64,000 nt of DNA from Rickettsiales bacterium (GTDB lineage: Bacteria > Pseudomonadota > Alphaproteobacteria > Rickettsiales > UBA1997): assembly GCA_049418765.1 (NCBI GenBank), contig JBMSJJ010000003.1, positions 4,921 through 68,920 on the forward strand, in the 5' to 3' direction. The translations under genes and the position numbers were made by a program. Each line of letters starts with the position of its first letter. Position 1 is the stretch's first letter. The notes beneath the pieces are model-generated. The model saw only the letters and a list, made by a program, of their open reading frames with translations, did not search any database and was not told the DNA's origin. Positions 9,428 through 18,886 of this stretch are shown piece after piece.

Positions 9428-10921
9428 ATGTCAAATTTTATTCCTGCACAAACTGGTTTAAATCACGAAACCGAGCTTTTAATCAAACAATCTAGAGCTG
9501 GAGCCTGTGGCGTTGATTTGCCTGAAGTTAAAAACTTTAAATCCAAAACTGGTCAAGCCAAAAACCGCGAAAAAATCGGTTTAGCCGAAGTTAATGAACC
9601 GCAAGTTATTCGTCATTTTGTTCGACTTTCTAACCAAAATTATTCAATTGATGCAGGGTTTTATCCGCTTGGTTCTTGCACCATGAAGCATAACCCAAGA
9701 TTAAATGAAAAAATGGCTCGCCTTCCCGGCTTTGCTGATATTCACCCTTATCAAGATGAATCATCTATTCAAGGCGCACTTGAACTAATGTATAATTTAC
9801 AAAATTGGCTAGGAACTTTAACAGGTTTAAAAGGTGTTTCACTAGCGCCAGCAGCTGGAGCGCAAGGTGAACTTGCCGGAATGCTAGTAATCAAAAAGGC
9901 TCACGAAGTTAAGGGTGATCATCATCGTAAAATTGTTTTAATCCCAGATTCCGCTCACGGCACCAACCCAGCAACAGCTGCAATGTGTGGCTTTGAAATC
10001 AAGGTTATTGCCACCGATGCCGAAGGATTGGTGGATATGGAAGCGTTAAAAAAACTTATTGACGAACATCGTCCAAACATTGCAGGCACTATGATCACCA
10101 ACCCCAATACTTGCGGTAAGTTTGAAAAAAACATCATTGAAATTGCTAAATTAATTCACGATGCTGGCGGATATTTTTATTGCGATGGTGCTAATTATAA
10201 TGCCATCGTTGGCAAGGTTCGCCCTGCCGATATTGGCGTTGATGTTATGCATTTTAATTTACACAAAACTTTTTCAACCCCACATGGTGGTGGTGGCCCA
10301 GGTTCTGGACCAATTGCAGTTCGCGAAGATTTAGCTCAATTTTTGCCCTCACCTCATGTTGAAAAAATCGGTGACAAATTCCAATTTCACACTCCAAAAA
10401 ATTCTTGTGGCAAAGTTAAAGGCTTTAACGGTCAATTTGGCATGCATGTTCGCGCCCTTACCTATATGCTTTCTCATGGCAGTGATGGTTTACAAAAAGT
10501 TGCCGAAGACGCCGTAATTTCCGCCAATTATATTTTACATAAACTTAAGGATCATTTTCATGTTCCATTTCCTGGAAATTGTATGCATGAATGCTTGATT
10601 GCCGACAAAATTCAAAAAGCCAAAGGAATTTCAACTCTTGATATCGCAAAAGCTTTGGTTGAATATGGTTTTCACCCGATGACCGTGTTTTTCCCACTGG
10701 TGGTGCAAGGAGCTATGCTAATTGAGCCAACCGAAACCGAAACTCGTGAGACTATCGATCAATTCATTCAAACCATGATTTATATTGCCAATGAAGTTGA
10801 GCAAGGCAATGGCGATAAATTTCATCATTATCCATTAAGCACTCCTCGTAAAAGGCTCGATGATGTCAAGGCGGCTAAAAATCCAATATTGACTTGGAGC
10901 GAATTATTAGGTAGCAATTAA
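9428..10921 (+). CDS. gcvPB: glycine dehydrogenase (decarboxylating) subunit 2
   Basis: 497 aa. GSCTMKHNP, PDSAHGTNPA, and NLHKTFSTPHGGGGPGSGP (PLP-Lys context). Confidence 0.9.
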   Translation: MSNFIPAQTGLNHETELLIKQSRAGACGVDLPEVKNFKSKTGQAKNREKIGLAEVNEPQVIRHFVRLSNQNYSIDAGFYPLGSCTMKHNPRLNEKMARLPGFADIHPYQDESSIQGALELMYNLQNWLGTLTGLKGVSLAPAAGAQGELAGMLVIKKAHEVKGDHHRKIVLIPDSAHGTNPATAAMCGFEIKVIATDAEGLVDMEALKKLIDEHRPNIAGTMITNPNTCGKFEKNIIEIAKLIHDAGGYFYCDGANYNAIVGKVRPADIGVDVMHFNLHKTFSTPHGGGGPGSGPIAVREDLAQFLPSPHVEKIGDKFQFHTPKNSCGKVKGFNGQFGMHVRALTYMLSHGSDGLQKVAEDAVISANYILHKLKDHFHVPFPGNCMHECLIADKIQKAKGISTLDIAKALVEYGFHPMTVFFPLVVQGAMLIEPTETETRETIDQFIQTMIYIANEVEQGNGDKFHHYPLSTPRKRLDDVKAAKNPILTWSELLGSN

Positions 10922-10986
10922 AAAATTTTTGATTTAAATTTTTTTAAATTTAACTGATTTAACAAATTTAATTTTAAATATTTTAA

Positions 10987-11850
10987 TTGATGATAAGACC
11001 AAGCCAAAAATATGCTTATTCGCTTTATGAATTAGCAATTGTTATTTTAATTATCGGCACCTTAATTGTTGGAGTTTCTCAAGGCTACAACCTAATTTAT
11101 TCATTTCGAGTTTCAAATGCTCGTGGCGTTACCGCAAAATCACCAATTTCACAAGTTGCAGGACTAATTGCTTGGTACGAACCCAGCCTCAAGGAATCTT
11201 TTTTAATTAATCAAATGAATAACGGGGCTCAAATCACAACATGGAGAGATGTGTCTTCATCTTCGCTATTGGCCAACGCCAATATTTTAACTGCATCAGC
11301 CTCAGCTGGGGTAACCTTTTCTAATTCCGGTCCAAATAAATTACCAGCAATATTATTTAACAATGGCAAAATTTCGATTTCAGAACTTGCAAGCGGAAGC
11401 ACTTCCCAAGCCACAATATTTATTGTTTTTAAATTTAGTTCAAGCCCTTCCGCAACCTATCAAACCTTATTTGATGGAGCCTCGTCAAATTTTTCTATTG
11501 CCGTAAATAACAATTCAGTTCAACTAAATGCTGGAAGCTCGGTCAATACGGTTTCATCCACAGCATTGAATAATAGCAATAGTTATATTTTGGTTGCCTA
11601 TATGAACAGCTCAAGCTCAAAAGTCTATATTAATAACAATAATAGCACCTTTGGAGCAACATCAACACTTAACATAGGAACCAATAATTTGACTGGCATT
11701 TCGCTGGGCAAATCAAATGCCAACACCTTGCCATTATATGGCTATTTATCTGAGGTGGTAGTATTTAATAAAATAATTAAAACTCCCGAACGCAAAGAAA
11801 TTTTAAATTATCTAAGTAAAAAATATAATATCGAGGTAACGGGGATCTAA
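10987..11850 (+). CDS. prepilin-type N-terminal leader + LamG-like (concanavalin/Laminin_G_3-like) domain protein
   Basis: The N-terminus ...KYA|YSLYELAIVILIIGTLIVGV has a class-III leader, Glu at +5 and a hydrophobic helix. The C-terminus GYLSEVVVFNKIIKTPERKEILNYLSKKYNI is a typical LamG-type terminal motif. It is a paralog of 48598-49539 and 49536-50471. Confidence 0.6.
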   Translation: MMIRPSQKYAYSLYELAIVILIIGTLIVGVSQGYNLIYSFRVSNARGVTAKSPISQVAGLIAWYEPSLKESFLINQMNNGAQITTWRDVSSSSLLANANILTASASAGVTFSNSGPNKLPAILFNNGKISISELASGSTSQATIFIVFKFSSSPSATYQTLFDGASSNFSIAVNNNSVQLNAGSSVNTVSSTALNNSNSYILVAYMNSSSSKVYINNNNSTFGATSTLNIGTNNLTGISLGKSNANTLPLYGYLSEVVVFNKIIKTPERKEILNYLSKKYNIEVTGI

Positions 11851-11930
11851 TAAAAAAATTGCAAGTTTGAAAAAATTAACTATAATTTTAATAAAATAAA
11901 TTTATTTTTTAGTAAATTAAAATCATAATT

Positions 11931-12839
11931 ATGCAAGAAAAAACATCCGAGGATTTAGTTATTGAAACCCAAGATAATCAACTAACCAAAAAAACTTTAG
12001 CAAAAAATGATGATGGCTTTAACCAATATTTACGAGAAATTCAAAAATTCCCAATTTTAACGCCAGCTCAAGAATATGAATATGCCGTCAGATTCGCCAA
12101 AAACAACGATAAAGAGGCGGGTAAAATTTTAATACAAAGCCATTTACGCCTTGTTGTAAAAATCGCTTATAAATTTAAGAATTATGGACTTCCCGCTTCT
12201 GATTTGGTAGCTGAAGGCAATATTGGATTAATTCAAGCTTTGAAAAAATTTGAACCAGAAAAAGGCTTTCGCTTCTCAACTTATGCAATGTGGTGGATTA
12301 GAGCATTTATTCAAGATTATGTTTTAAGATCATGGTCGATGGTAAAAATTGGCACCACCTCAGCCCAGAAAAAATTATTTTTCAATTTAAATAAAATCAA
12401 AAAAAAGCTTGGAATTAATCATAGCGATAATCAAATTTCCAGCGAAAATATCACCAAAATCGCCAATGATTTAAATGTTTCCAAAGAAGAAGTTTTGGAT
12501 ATGGATTCAAGACTTACCCAAAGCGATAAATCTTTAAACGCCAAAATCAATGATGAAGAAACTGAAATTGGCGACCAAATGTCAGACAATTCTCCATCGC
12601 AAGAAGAAATTGCCATAAAAAATCAAGAAATTTCCAGACAAAAAGCTTTATTCAAAAAAGCTTTTGACCAATTAAATGATCGAGAAAAAGAAATTATTTT
12701 AAAAAGACAATTAATCGACGACCCTCAAACACTTGAAGAATTAAGCCAATCTTTTAAAGTATCTAGAGAAAGAATTCGACAAATTGAGGAAAATGCCATC
12801 AAAAAAATAAAAAAATTTATAACCGAATTATTAAAATAA
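11931..12839 (+). CDS. rpoH: RNA polymerase sigma-32 factor
   Basis: Shows regions 2 to 4 of the sigma-70 family and an RpoH-box-like AQKKLFFNLNKIKKKL. 302 aa. Confidence 0.85.
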   Translation: MQEKTSEDLVIETQDNQLTKKTLAKNDDGFNQYLREIQKFPILTPAQEYEYAVRFAKNNDKEAGKILIQSHLRLVVKIAYKFKNYGLPASDLVAEGNIGLIQALKKFEPEKGFRFSTYAMWWIRAFIQDYVLRSWSMVKIGTTSAQKKLFFNLNKIKKKLGINHSDNQISSENITKIANDLNVSKEEVLDMDSRLTQSDKSLNAKINDEETEIGDQMSDNSPSQEEIAIKNQEISRQKALFKKAFDQLNDREKEIILKRQLIDDPQTLEELSQSFKVSRERIRQIEENAIKKIKKFITELLK

Positions 12840-13459
12840 TGTTTACAGGAATTATTTCGCATCAAGGAATTATCAATCAAATTAAATTTGATGCTAAAAA
12901 AGATGCGCTTTTACAAATTAAAATTAACAAAAATCAAATTAAAAGAACTCTAAAAATTGGCTGTTCAATCGCTTCTAATGGTATTTGCCTAACCTTAATT
13001 AAAAAAACTATCAAGGACAAATTTTTGCTTTTAGATTTCGAGGCTTCTAAAGAAACTTGCAACAAAACCACCTTAAAAAATTGGCAAAAAAATCAAAAAA
13101 TTAATCTCGAATTTGCAATGAAAATCAATGATGAATTTGGTGGTCATTTGGTTCAAGGACATGTCGATGATATTGCCGAAATTAAATCAATAAAGCCAAT
13201 TCAAGATTCATGGGAATTTGTATTTTCCTATCCGCAAAATTTACAAAAATTTATTGCCAAAAAAGGCTCAATCACAATTGACGGAACATCTCTAACGGTC
13301 AATGAAGTAGATATAAAAAAATTCTCAGTTAATATTATTAAACATACTTTTGAAAATACTATTTTTAAAAATTATCAAGAAGGCGACAAGGTTAATCTTG
13401 AAATTGACTCCATTGCCCGATATCTATCAAACTTAATGAATAATTATGTCCAAAAATAA
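12839..13459 (+). CDS. ribE: riboflavin synthase (alpha chain)
   Basis: MFTGIISHQG...GCSIASNGICLT...GGHLVQGHVD...SITIDGTSLTV; an internally duplicated lumazine-binding fold. Confidence 0.85.
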   Translation: MFTGIISHQGIINQIKFDAKKDALLQIKINKNQIKRTLKIGCSIASNGICLTLIKKTIKDKFLLLDFEASKETCNKTTLKNWQKNQKINLEFAMKINDEFGGHLVQGHVDDIAEIKSIKPIQDSWEFVFSYPQNLQKFIAKKGSITIDGTSLTVNEVDIKKFSVNIIKHTFENTIFKNYQEGDKVNLEIDSIARYLSNLMNNYVQK

Positions 13460-14543
13460 TCTTGCCACCATCGACGAAATAATTACCGACGCCAAAGCGG
13501 GCAAAATGTTTATTTTAGTTGATGATGAAAATCGTGAAAATGAAGGAGATCTTGTTATTGTCGCCAGCAAATGCGATGACAAAAAAGTTAATTTTATGGC
13601 AACTTATGGTCGAGGCTTGATATGTCTAGCTCTTGAAGAAAAAAGAGTTAACGAACTTGGACTTCCATTAATGACTTTTAACAACGAATCAAGACATCGC
13701 ACCGCTTTTACCATTTCAATTGAAGCCAGAGAAGGAATTGCAACTGGAATTTCTGCACAAGATCGAGCAAAAACCATCAAAGTAGCAATCGACCCAAAAA
13801 ATAATAAAGATTCGATTGTGAGTCCTGGCCATATTTTTCCGCTTAAAGCCAGAGATGGCGGGGTTTTAGTGCGAGCTGGACATACCGAAGCCGCGGTTGA
13901 TATCGCTAAATTGGCTGGGCTAAATCCATCTGGCGTAATTTGCGAAATTATGAATGAAGATGGCACCATGGCAAGGCTTCCAGATTTAATTAAATTTGCC
14001 AAAAAACATGATTTAAAAATTGCCACAATTGCTGATTTAATTGAATATCGCCGTAAAAAAGATAAATTAATCGAATTAGTTTCCTCGCAAAAATTTATTA
14101 GCAAAATCGCTGGAGAAATGGAATTAAAAATTTATAAAAGCAAAATCGATAATGTTGAACATTTGGCTTTAATCAAGGGTAAAATTGACAAAACTAAACC
14201 AACCTTAGTTCGAATGCACCATCTCAATATCATTACTGACTGCCTTGAAGAAAAACAAAATCCTAAAAGCGGTCTTTTGCAAAAAGCATTAAAGAAAATT
14301 AATGAGAATAAAAGCGGGTTAATTGTAATAATTCGCCAACCTCAAGAAAAAATTTCGGATTTGTTGTTTAGCAACCAAATTAGCCAAATAAACACGCCAA
14401 AAACTTTGCGTAATTATGGCACGGGTGCACAAATTTTAGCGGATTTGGGCATTAAAAAGTTGACCTTACTAAGTAATTCAAAAAAATCAGTAATTGGATT
14501 AGACGCATTTAAAATTTCAATATCAGGTTATCAAAAAATATAA
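13446..14543 (+). CDS. ribBA: bifunctional DHBP synthase / GTP cyclohydrolase II-like protein
   Basis: The N-terminal half has DDENRENEGDLV...GLICLAL...ISAQDRA...GHIFPL...RAGHTEA. The C-terminal half is GCHII-like, and its catalytic competence was not assessed. Confidence 0.85.
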   Translation: MSKNNLATIDEIITDAKAGKMFILVDDENRENEGDLVIVASKCDDKKVNFMATYGRGLICLALEEKRVNELGLPLMTFNNESRHRTAFTISIEAREGIATGISAQDRAKTIKVAIDPKNNKDSIVSPGHIFPLKARDGGVLVRAGHTEAAVDIAKLAGLNPSGVICEIMNEDGTMARLPDLIKFAKKHDLKIATIADLIEYRRKKDKLIELVSSQKFISKIAGEMELKIYKSKIDNVEHLALIKGKIDKTKPTLVRMHHLNIITDCLEEKQNPKSGLLQKALKKINENKSGLIVIIRQPQEKISDLLFSNQISQINTPKTLRNYGTGAQILADLGIKKLTLLSNSKKSVIGLDAFKISISGYQKI

Positions 14544-14546
14544 TTT

Positions 14547-15650
14547 ATGAATAAAAAAACTTTATTTTTCATTACAATTTTCTTGATTTCAAAAAATCTT
14601 TTTGCACAAGATTTATATAAAATCGACAATGCTCACACCAATCTAATATGGTACGCCAGTCATTTTGGCTTTTCTAAACCAAGTGGAAAATTTACCGATA
14701 TTGAGGGAAAAATATTTTTAGATGAACGCAATCCTCAAAATAGCTCAGTAGAAATTATTGTTAAAACCAATTCAATTACCACTGGTTTTGCCAAATTTGA
14801 CAATCATCTTAAAAGCGCTGATTTTTTTGATGTAGAAAAATTTCCGCTCGCAATTTTCAAAAGTCAATCAATCCGCTCTGCCAGCAGTTCTGGTGCAAAG
14901 GTAAGTGGGATTTTAACCATAAAAGAGATAAAAAAATTAGTAAATTTTGATGTAAAAATTAACAAAATTGGAAAAAACCCAATCACTCAAAATAAAACCA
15001 TTGGCATGACAATTTCTGGAACAATTAAGCGTTCTGACTATGGCATTACTTACGGCGCGCCCGGAATTGGCGATGAAGTAAAAATTGAAATTGAATGCGA
15101 GGCAATTTACCAAGGCTCAACTGGCAATGAATCTGCCTTAGTTAATGATTCTGGATGGCAAATTATTGAAAATAAAAGTAAATTAGAATTTACCGCTAAA
15201 CAAAATGGTTCGGCAATTAAGGGTTCTTTTAAGAAATTTAATGGCAAAATTAATTTTGACCCAAATGCACTTGCCAAAAGCAATGTAGAGATAGAGATTG
15301 ATACAACCTCGGCTGATTTATCTTTTCAAGAAGCATTGCAAACTTTAAAAAATCAAAGCTGGTTGGCGACCGAAACATTTCCGAAGGCTTTTTTTAAGGC
15401 AGATAATTTTGTTGCCATGCCAGGTAAAAATAATTTTAGCGCCAAAGGCACTTTAAAAATTAAAGATAAAACAATTCCTGCGACTTTAAATTTTAATCTT
15501 AAGGCCATTAATGAGCGCTACGCGCATGCCGTTGGCAACACTACCATCAAACGCACAGACTTTGATATTGGTGAAAAAAATGTCTCAAAAGCTAATGGTG
15601 TTGAAGATCAAATTACTATCAATTTTGAGGTTCAAGCCAGCAAACTTTAA
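14547..15650 (+). CDS. exported protein with two tandem YceI-like domains
   Basis: Has a signal peptide. Two repeats follow the pattern Y.ID..H...W...H.G.S...G.F....G.I......N..V...I...S...G....D.HLKS.DFF....FP (residues ~24-190 and ~205-365). Confidence 0.75.
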   Translation: MNKKTLFFITIFLISKNLFAQDLYKIDNAHTNLIWYASHFGFSKPSGKFTDIEGKIFLDERNPQNSSVEIIVKTNSITTGFAKFDNHLKSADFFDVEKFPLAIFKSQSIRSASSSGAKVSGILTIKEIKKLVNFDVKINKIGKNPITQNKTIGMTISGTIKRSDYGITYGAPGIGDEVKIEIECEAIYQGSTGNESALVNDSGWQIIENKSKLEFTAKQNGSAIKGSFKKFNGKINFDPNALAKSNVEIEIDTTSADLSFQEALQTLKNQSWLATETFPKAFFKADNFVAMPGKNNFSAKGTLKIKDKTIPATLNFNLKAINERYAHAVGNTTIKRTDFDIGEKNVSKANGVEDQITINFEVQASKL

Positions 15651-15653
15651 GTT

Positions 15654-16922
15654 TTATTTAAGAATTTCAAAAATCGCTTTGGCTTTTGCATAAGATTCTT
15701 CTAGCTCTTTTTGACAAGAAGATTCATAGGTTATACCACCACCAACCTGAAATTCAAAAACCTCATTTTCGATAAGCAAAGTTCGAATTACCACCGAAAA
15801 ATTCATCTCTTTACAATTTTTAACAAAGCCAAATGCTCCGCTATATAATCCTCTTGGGGTTTTTTCAATTTGATTCAAAATCTCCATTGATTTAATTTTC
15901 GGAGCGCCCGTCATTGAACCAGCTGGAAAACAGGATTTAAGCGCATCAAAAATATTTTTTGAAGAACGAATTTTACCAACAACATCGGAAGATAAATGAT
16001 AAATCAACTGATATTTTGTAATTTCAAATAATTTTTTTACACGCACGCTTGCGGGTTCACAAAATCTTGCAAAATCATTGCGCATCAAATCTACAATCAT
16101 AAGATTTTCAGCTTTTTCTTTCAGGGAATTTTGCAAATATTTTTTATTTGCCAAATCTTCTTTTTTATTCAAGCCACGATGAATAGTTCCTTTAATTGGC
16201 GACGACATAATCAAATTATTTTTTGATTTCAAAAATAATTCTGGTGAGGAAGATAAAATAAATTTTCCATCAAAATTGCCAAAAGCGGAATAATTACTCG
16301 GACTAATCGTGACAAGTTTTTGAAATAAATTAAAGCTTTGAAGACCATCTAATTTTTCCTGAAATTTTCCATAAAATTTTCTGGTTAAATTGGCTTGAAA
16401 AAAATCGCCATTTGCAATCATTTCTTGAATTTTTTTGATATTTAACAAATATTCTTCATCACTAAAATTTGAACTAAAACCATCAATTTTTGGTAATTTA
16501 AAATCCAAGTTTTTAATTTTAAATTTTAAAATTTCTTCAAGTAATTTTGGATTTTTTGTTTCAACTTTTATGGATTTTTTTTGATGATCAAAAATTAAAA
16601 TTATTTTAAATTTTAGAAAAAAGAAATTTGCAAAATTGACAATTGACTGCTGTTGATTAAAAATATTTTCAAACTGCTCTCCAGCCTCATAATTAATACC
16701 ACCAAACCACCAATTTTTTTCTTCTTGAGCAAATTTTTTGACCAAATCTTCAAAATTATTACCATAAAATCTGTCATCTTCAAATAAAGCAATATAGGAT
16801 TTGGAATTTTTTTTAAAATTTGCCAAACCCGAATATAAAAAAACCCAATTTTCTTGATAATTTTCGGCGATTTTTTGGGCAAAAACCAACGGATCTTGCC
16901 ATTGAATTTTTATGGCTTTCAC
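15654..16922 (-). CDS. pabB: chorismate-binding enzyme, most likely aminodeoxychorismate synthase component I
   Basis: FPAGSMTGAPKIKSMEILNQIEKTPRGLYSGAFGF and GGGITYES motifs. It is short (422 aa) and has no trp neighbours. PabB and TrpE cannot be told apart by eye. Confidence 0.65.
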   Translation of the reverse strand: MKAIKIQWQDPLVFAQKIAENYQENWVFLYSGLANFKKNSKSYIALFEDDRFYGNNFEDLVKKFAQEEKNWWFGGINYEAGEQFENIFNQQQSIVNFANFFFLKFKIILIFDHQKKSIKVETKNPKLLEEILKFKIKNLDFKLPKIDGFSSNFSDEEYLLNIKKIQEMIANGDFFQANLTRKFYGKFQEKLDGLQSFNLFQKLVTISPSNYSAFGNFDGKFILSSSPELFLKSKNNLIMSSPIKGTIHRGLNKKEDLANKKYLQNSLKEKAENLMIVDLMRNDFARFCEPASVRVKKLFEITKYQLIYHLSSDVVGKIRSSKNIFDALKSCFPAGSMTGAPKIKSMEILNQIEKTPRGLYSGAFGFVKNCKEMNFSVVIRTLLIENEVFEFQVGGGITYESSCQKELEESYAKAKAIFEILK

Positions 16923-16924
16923 AA

Positions 16925-17770
16925 TTATTTATTATTCATTAAAATTTTGCCAAACTCATCAAAATTCAAGCTCGCCTTACCGACTAACAATCCGTCAACT
17001 CCCTTAATATTAAGAATTTCTGCGGAGTTCGATGAATTTACTGAGCCACCATAAAGTAAATAAAAATTTTCAATAAAAATTGATACCTCATTTTTAAAAA
17101 AACTATGGATAAAATCCGCCATTTCGCCAATTTCTTTTGCGGTTGCACTTAGACCAGTTCCAATTGCCCAAATCGGCTCATAAGCGATTACTAATTTTTT
17201 ATATCCAATAAAAGGCAGTGAGCTTTTTATTTGCTCTTTAATATATTCAAAATGTTTTCCCTCTTGGCGAATTTCGCTTGATTCACCAATGCACAAAATT
17301 GGCGTAATATCATTTTTGACAGCCAATGCTACTTTTTTACTAACAATTTCATTGGTTTCATGATGATATTTTCTTCGCTCGGAATGTCCGATAATAATAT
17401 ATTCGCAATTAACTTCTTTGAGTTGCTTGGCACTGACATCGCCAGTGAATTGCCCCTCATCTTCATAGCCACAATCCTGCGCACCCAATTTTAAGGCCCT
17501 ACTGTCATATACATATTTTTTTATCTCTTCTAAACTAAAATCTTCGGGCGCTTTACCATATTTTTCTGACAAATATTCCAGAAAGTGAAAACCATCTTCG
17601 ATTAATTGGGTATCAATATAATCAATTAAAATATTTGAGGGACAAAGCACAACTTCAACTATATTTTCATCTTCGATTTTTTTATAAAATACCTCGTAAA
17701 ATGCCTCAATCCATTGATCTACTTCATCAAAACCGTTATTCATTTTCCAATTTGCGACGATTATTTTCAT
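16925..17770 (-). CDS. tpiA: triosephosphate isomerase (with ~28-aa insertion)
   Basis: ANWKMN, IIIGHSERR, AYEPIWAIGTG and YGGSV motifs. 281 aa versus the usual ~250. Confidence 0.85.
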   Translation of the reverse strand: MKIIVANWKMNNGFDEVDQWIEAFYEVFYKKIEDENIVEVVLCPSNILIDYIDTQLIEDGFHFLEYLSEKYGKAPEDFSLEEIKKYVYDSRALKLGAQDCGYEDEGQFTGDVSAKQLKEVNCEYIIIGHSERRKYHHETNEIVSKKVALAVKNDITPILCIGESSEIRQEGKHFEYIKEQIKSSLPFIGYKKLVIAYEPIWAIGTGLSATAKEIGEMADFIHSFFKNEVSIFIENFYLLYGGSVNSSNSAEILNIKGVDGLLVGKASLNFDEFGKILMNNK

Positions 17771-17777
17771 ATTTTAA

Positions 17778-18875
17778 TTATTTTATTAAGCTTAAAATTT
17801 GTTGAATTTGACTTCCCAAAATTGAATAACGCCAATTATTTAAAATTTCTTTTGGATTTTTAGCCAATATAATTTGTTTTAACATTTCACTATTTACTAA
17901 AAATTGTGGAGCAATATTTTCTTTTTTGGAAAATTTTGCGACCATAGATTTAATTTTATCAAATTGTTTTATTTCAGTTTCATTTAAGCCAACTTCCCTT
18001 TTCAAATCAACAATAATTTTATCATTTATTAAAATTTCTTCTAAAGTTTTAAAAAAATCCGTTTTTAATAAAATTTTATTAAAATCTTTAAAATTATTTT
18101 TTAGAATTTGAAAAATTTCTTCATTTTTAAATAGGTGTTCACGTGGCACATTCAATTGCTTGGCATAATCTTCGCGAAGCTGAATTATTTGATATAATTT
18201 GGCAATTTCTAAGGTATTTAAACCTTTTTTAGAAAATTTTTTAAAAATATGCTCGATATCTTTTTGTAAAATTCTTTTAATAAAATTATCCATCTCCTCT
18301 TTTGCCCAATCTTGACGATTCTTAGCTCGCAAAATATTATTGAAATTTTTATAAATTTGATGCAAAAATAATACATCATTAATTGCGTATTTTATTTGCG
18401 ATGAAGAAAGTGGTCTTTTTATCCAATCGCTTGATTGCATAGCTTTATTTAACTCAAAATCACACTGATTTTTTACCAAATTAAATAAACTTACATTATA
18501 ATCTTGATCGCAAAAATTGGCGATAATTTGTGTGTCAAAAATATTTTCTGGCCAAATTTTATAAATATGATAAAAAATTTGCAAATCCTGAGTTGATGAA
18601 TGCAAAATTTTGATAATTTTTGGATTTGCAATTATGGCAAAAAACCTTGATAAATCAAGATTTGACAACACATCGATTATAGCAATAAATTTCTCATTTT
18701 GAGTATTTTCATAAGCAATTTGCACAATTGATAAAATCGGAAAATATGTATCTTTTCTTTCAAACTCGGTGTCAATAGCCACAGTTGAATTTTCTTCAAT
18801 CAAATCAAGGAATTGCTCAAGTTCATTTTGAGTATCTACAAAATTATATCGATATTGAGTATTAATTAAATCCAT
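17778..18875 (-). CDS. rnd: ribonuclease D (DEDDy 3'-5' exonuclease + HRDC-like tail)
   Basis: VAIDTEFER, HSSTQDLQIF and YAINDVLFL motifs. 365 aa. Confidence 0.8.
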   Translation of the reverse strand: MDLINTQYRYNFVDTQNELEQFLDLIEENSTVAIDTEFERKDTYFPILSIVQIAYENTQNEKFIAIIDVLSNLDLSRFFAIIANPKIIKILHSSTQDLQIFYHIYKIWPENIFDTQIIANFCDQDYNVSLFNLVKNQCDFELNKAMQSSDWIKRPLSSSQIKYAINDVLFLHQIYKNFNNILRAKNRQDWAKEEMDNFIKRILQKDIEHIFKKFSKKGLNTLEIAKLYQIIQLREDYAKQLNVPREHLFKNEEIFQILKNNFKDFNKILLKTDFFKTLEEILINDKIIVDLKREVGLNETEIKQFDKIKSMVAKFSKKENIAPQFLVNSEMLKQIILAKNPKEILNNWRYSILGSQIQQILSLIK

Positions 18876-18886
18876 AACAATAAGTT

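Noticed and set aside
13604-14104. 166-aa antisense ORF inside ribBA, and similar antisense ORFs at 24517-24912 in murE, 43312-43638 in tilS, and 31976-32368 across xthA/SIMPL
   Set aside because: Each is opposite a strongly conserved gene and has a Ser/Leu/Ile-rich composition typical of antisense frames. None has a start context or family resemblance.
15511-15693. 60-aa ORF overlapping the end of the YceI gene and the pabB stop region
   Set aside because: It is an out-of-frame overlap with two well-supported genes and is short and compositionally biased.
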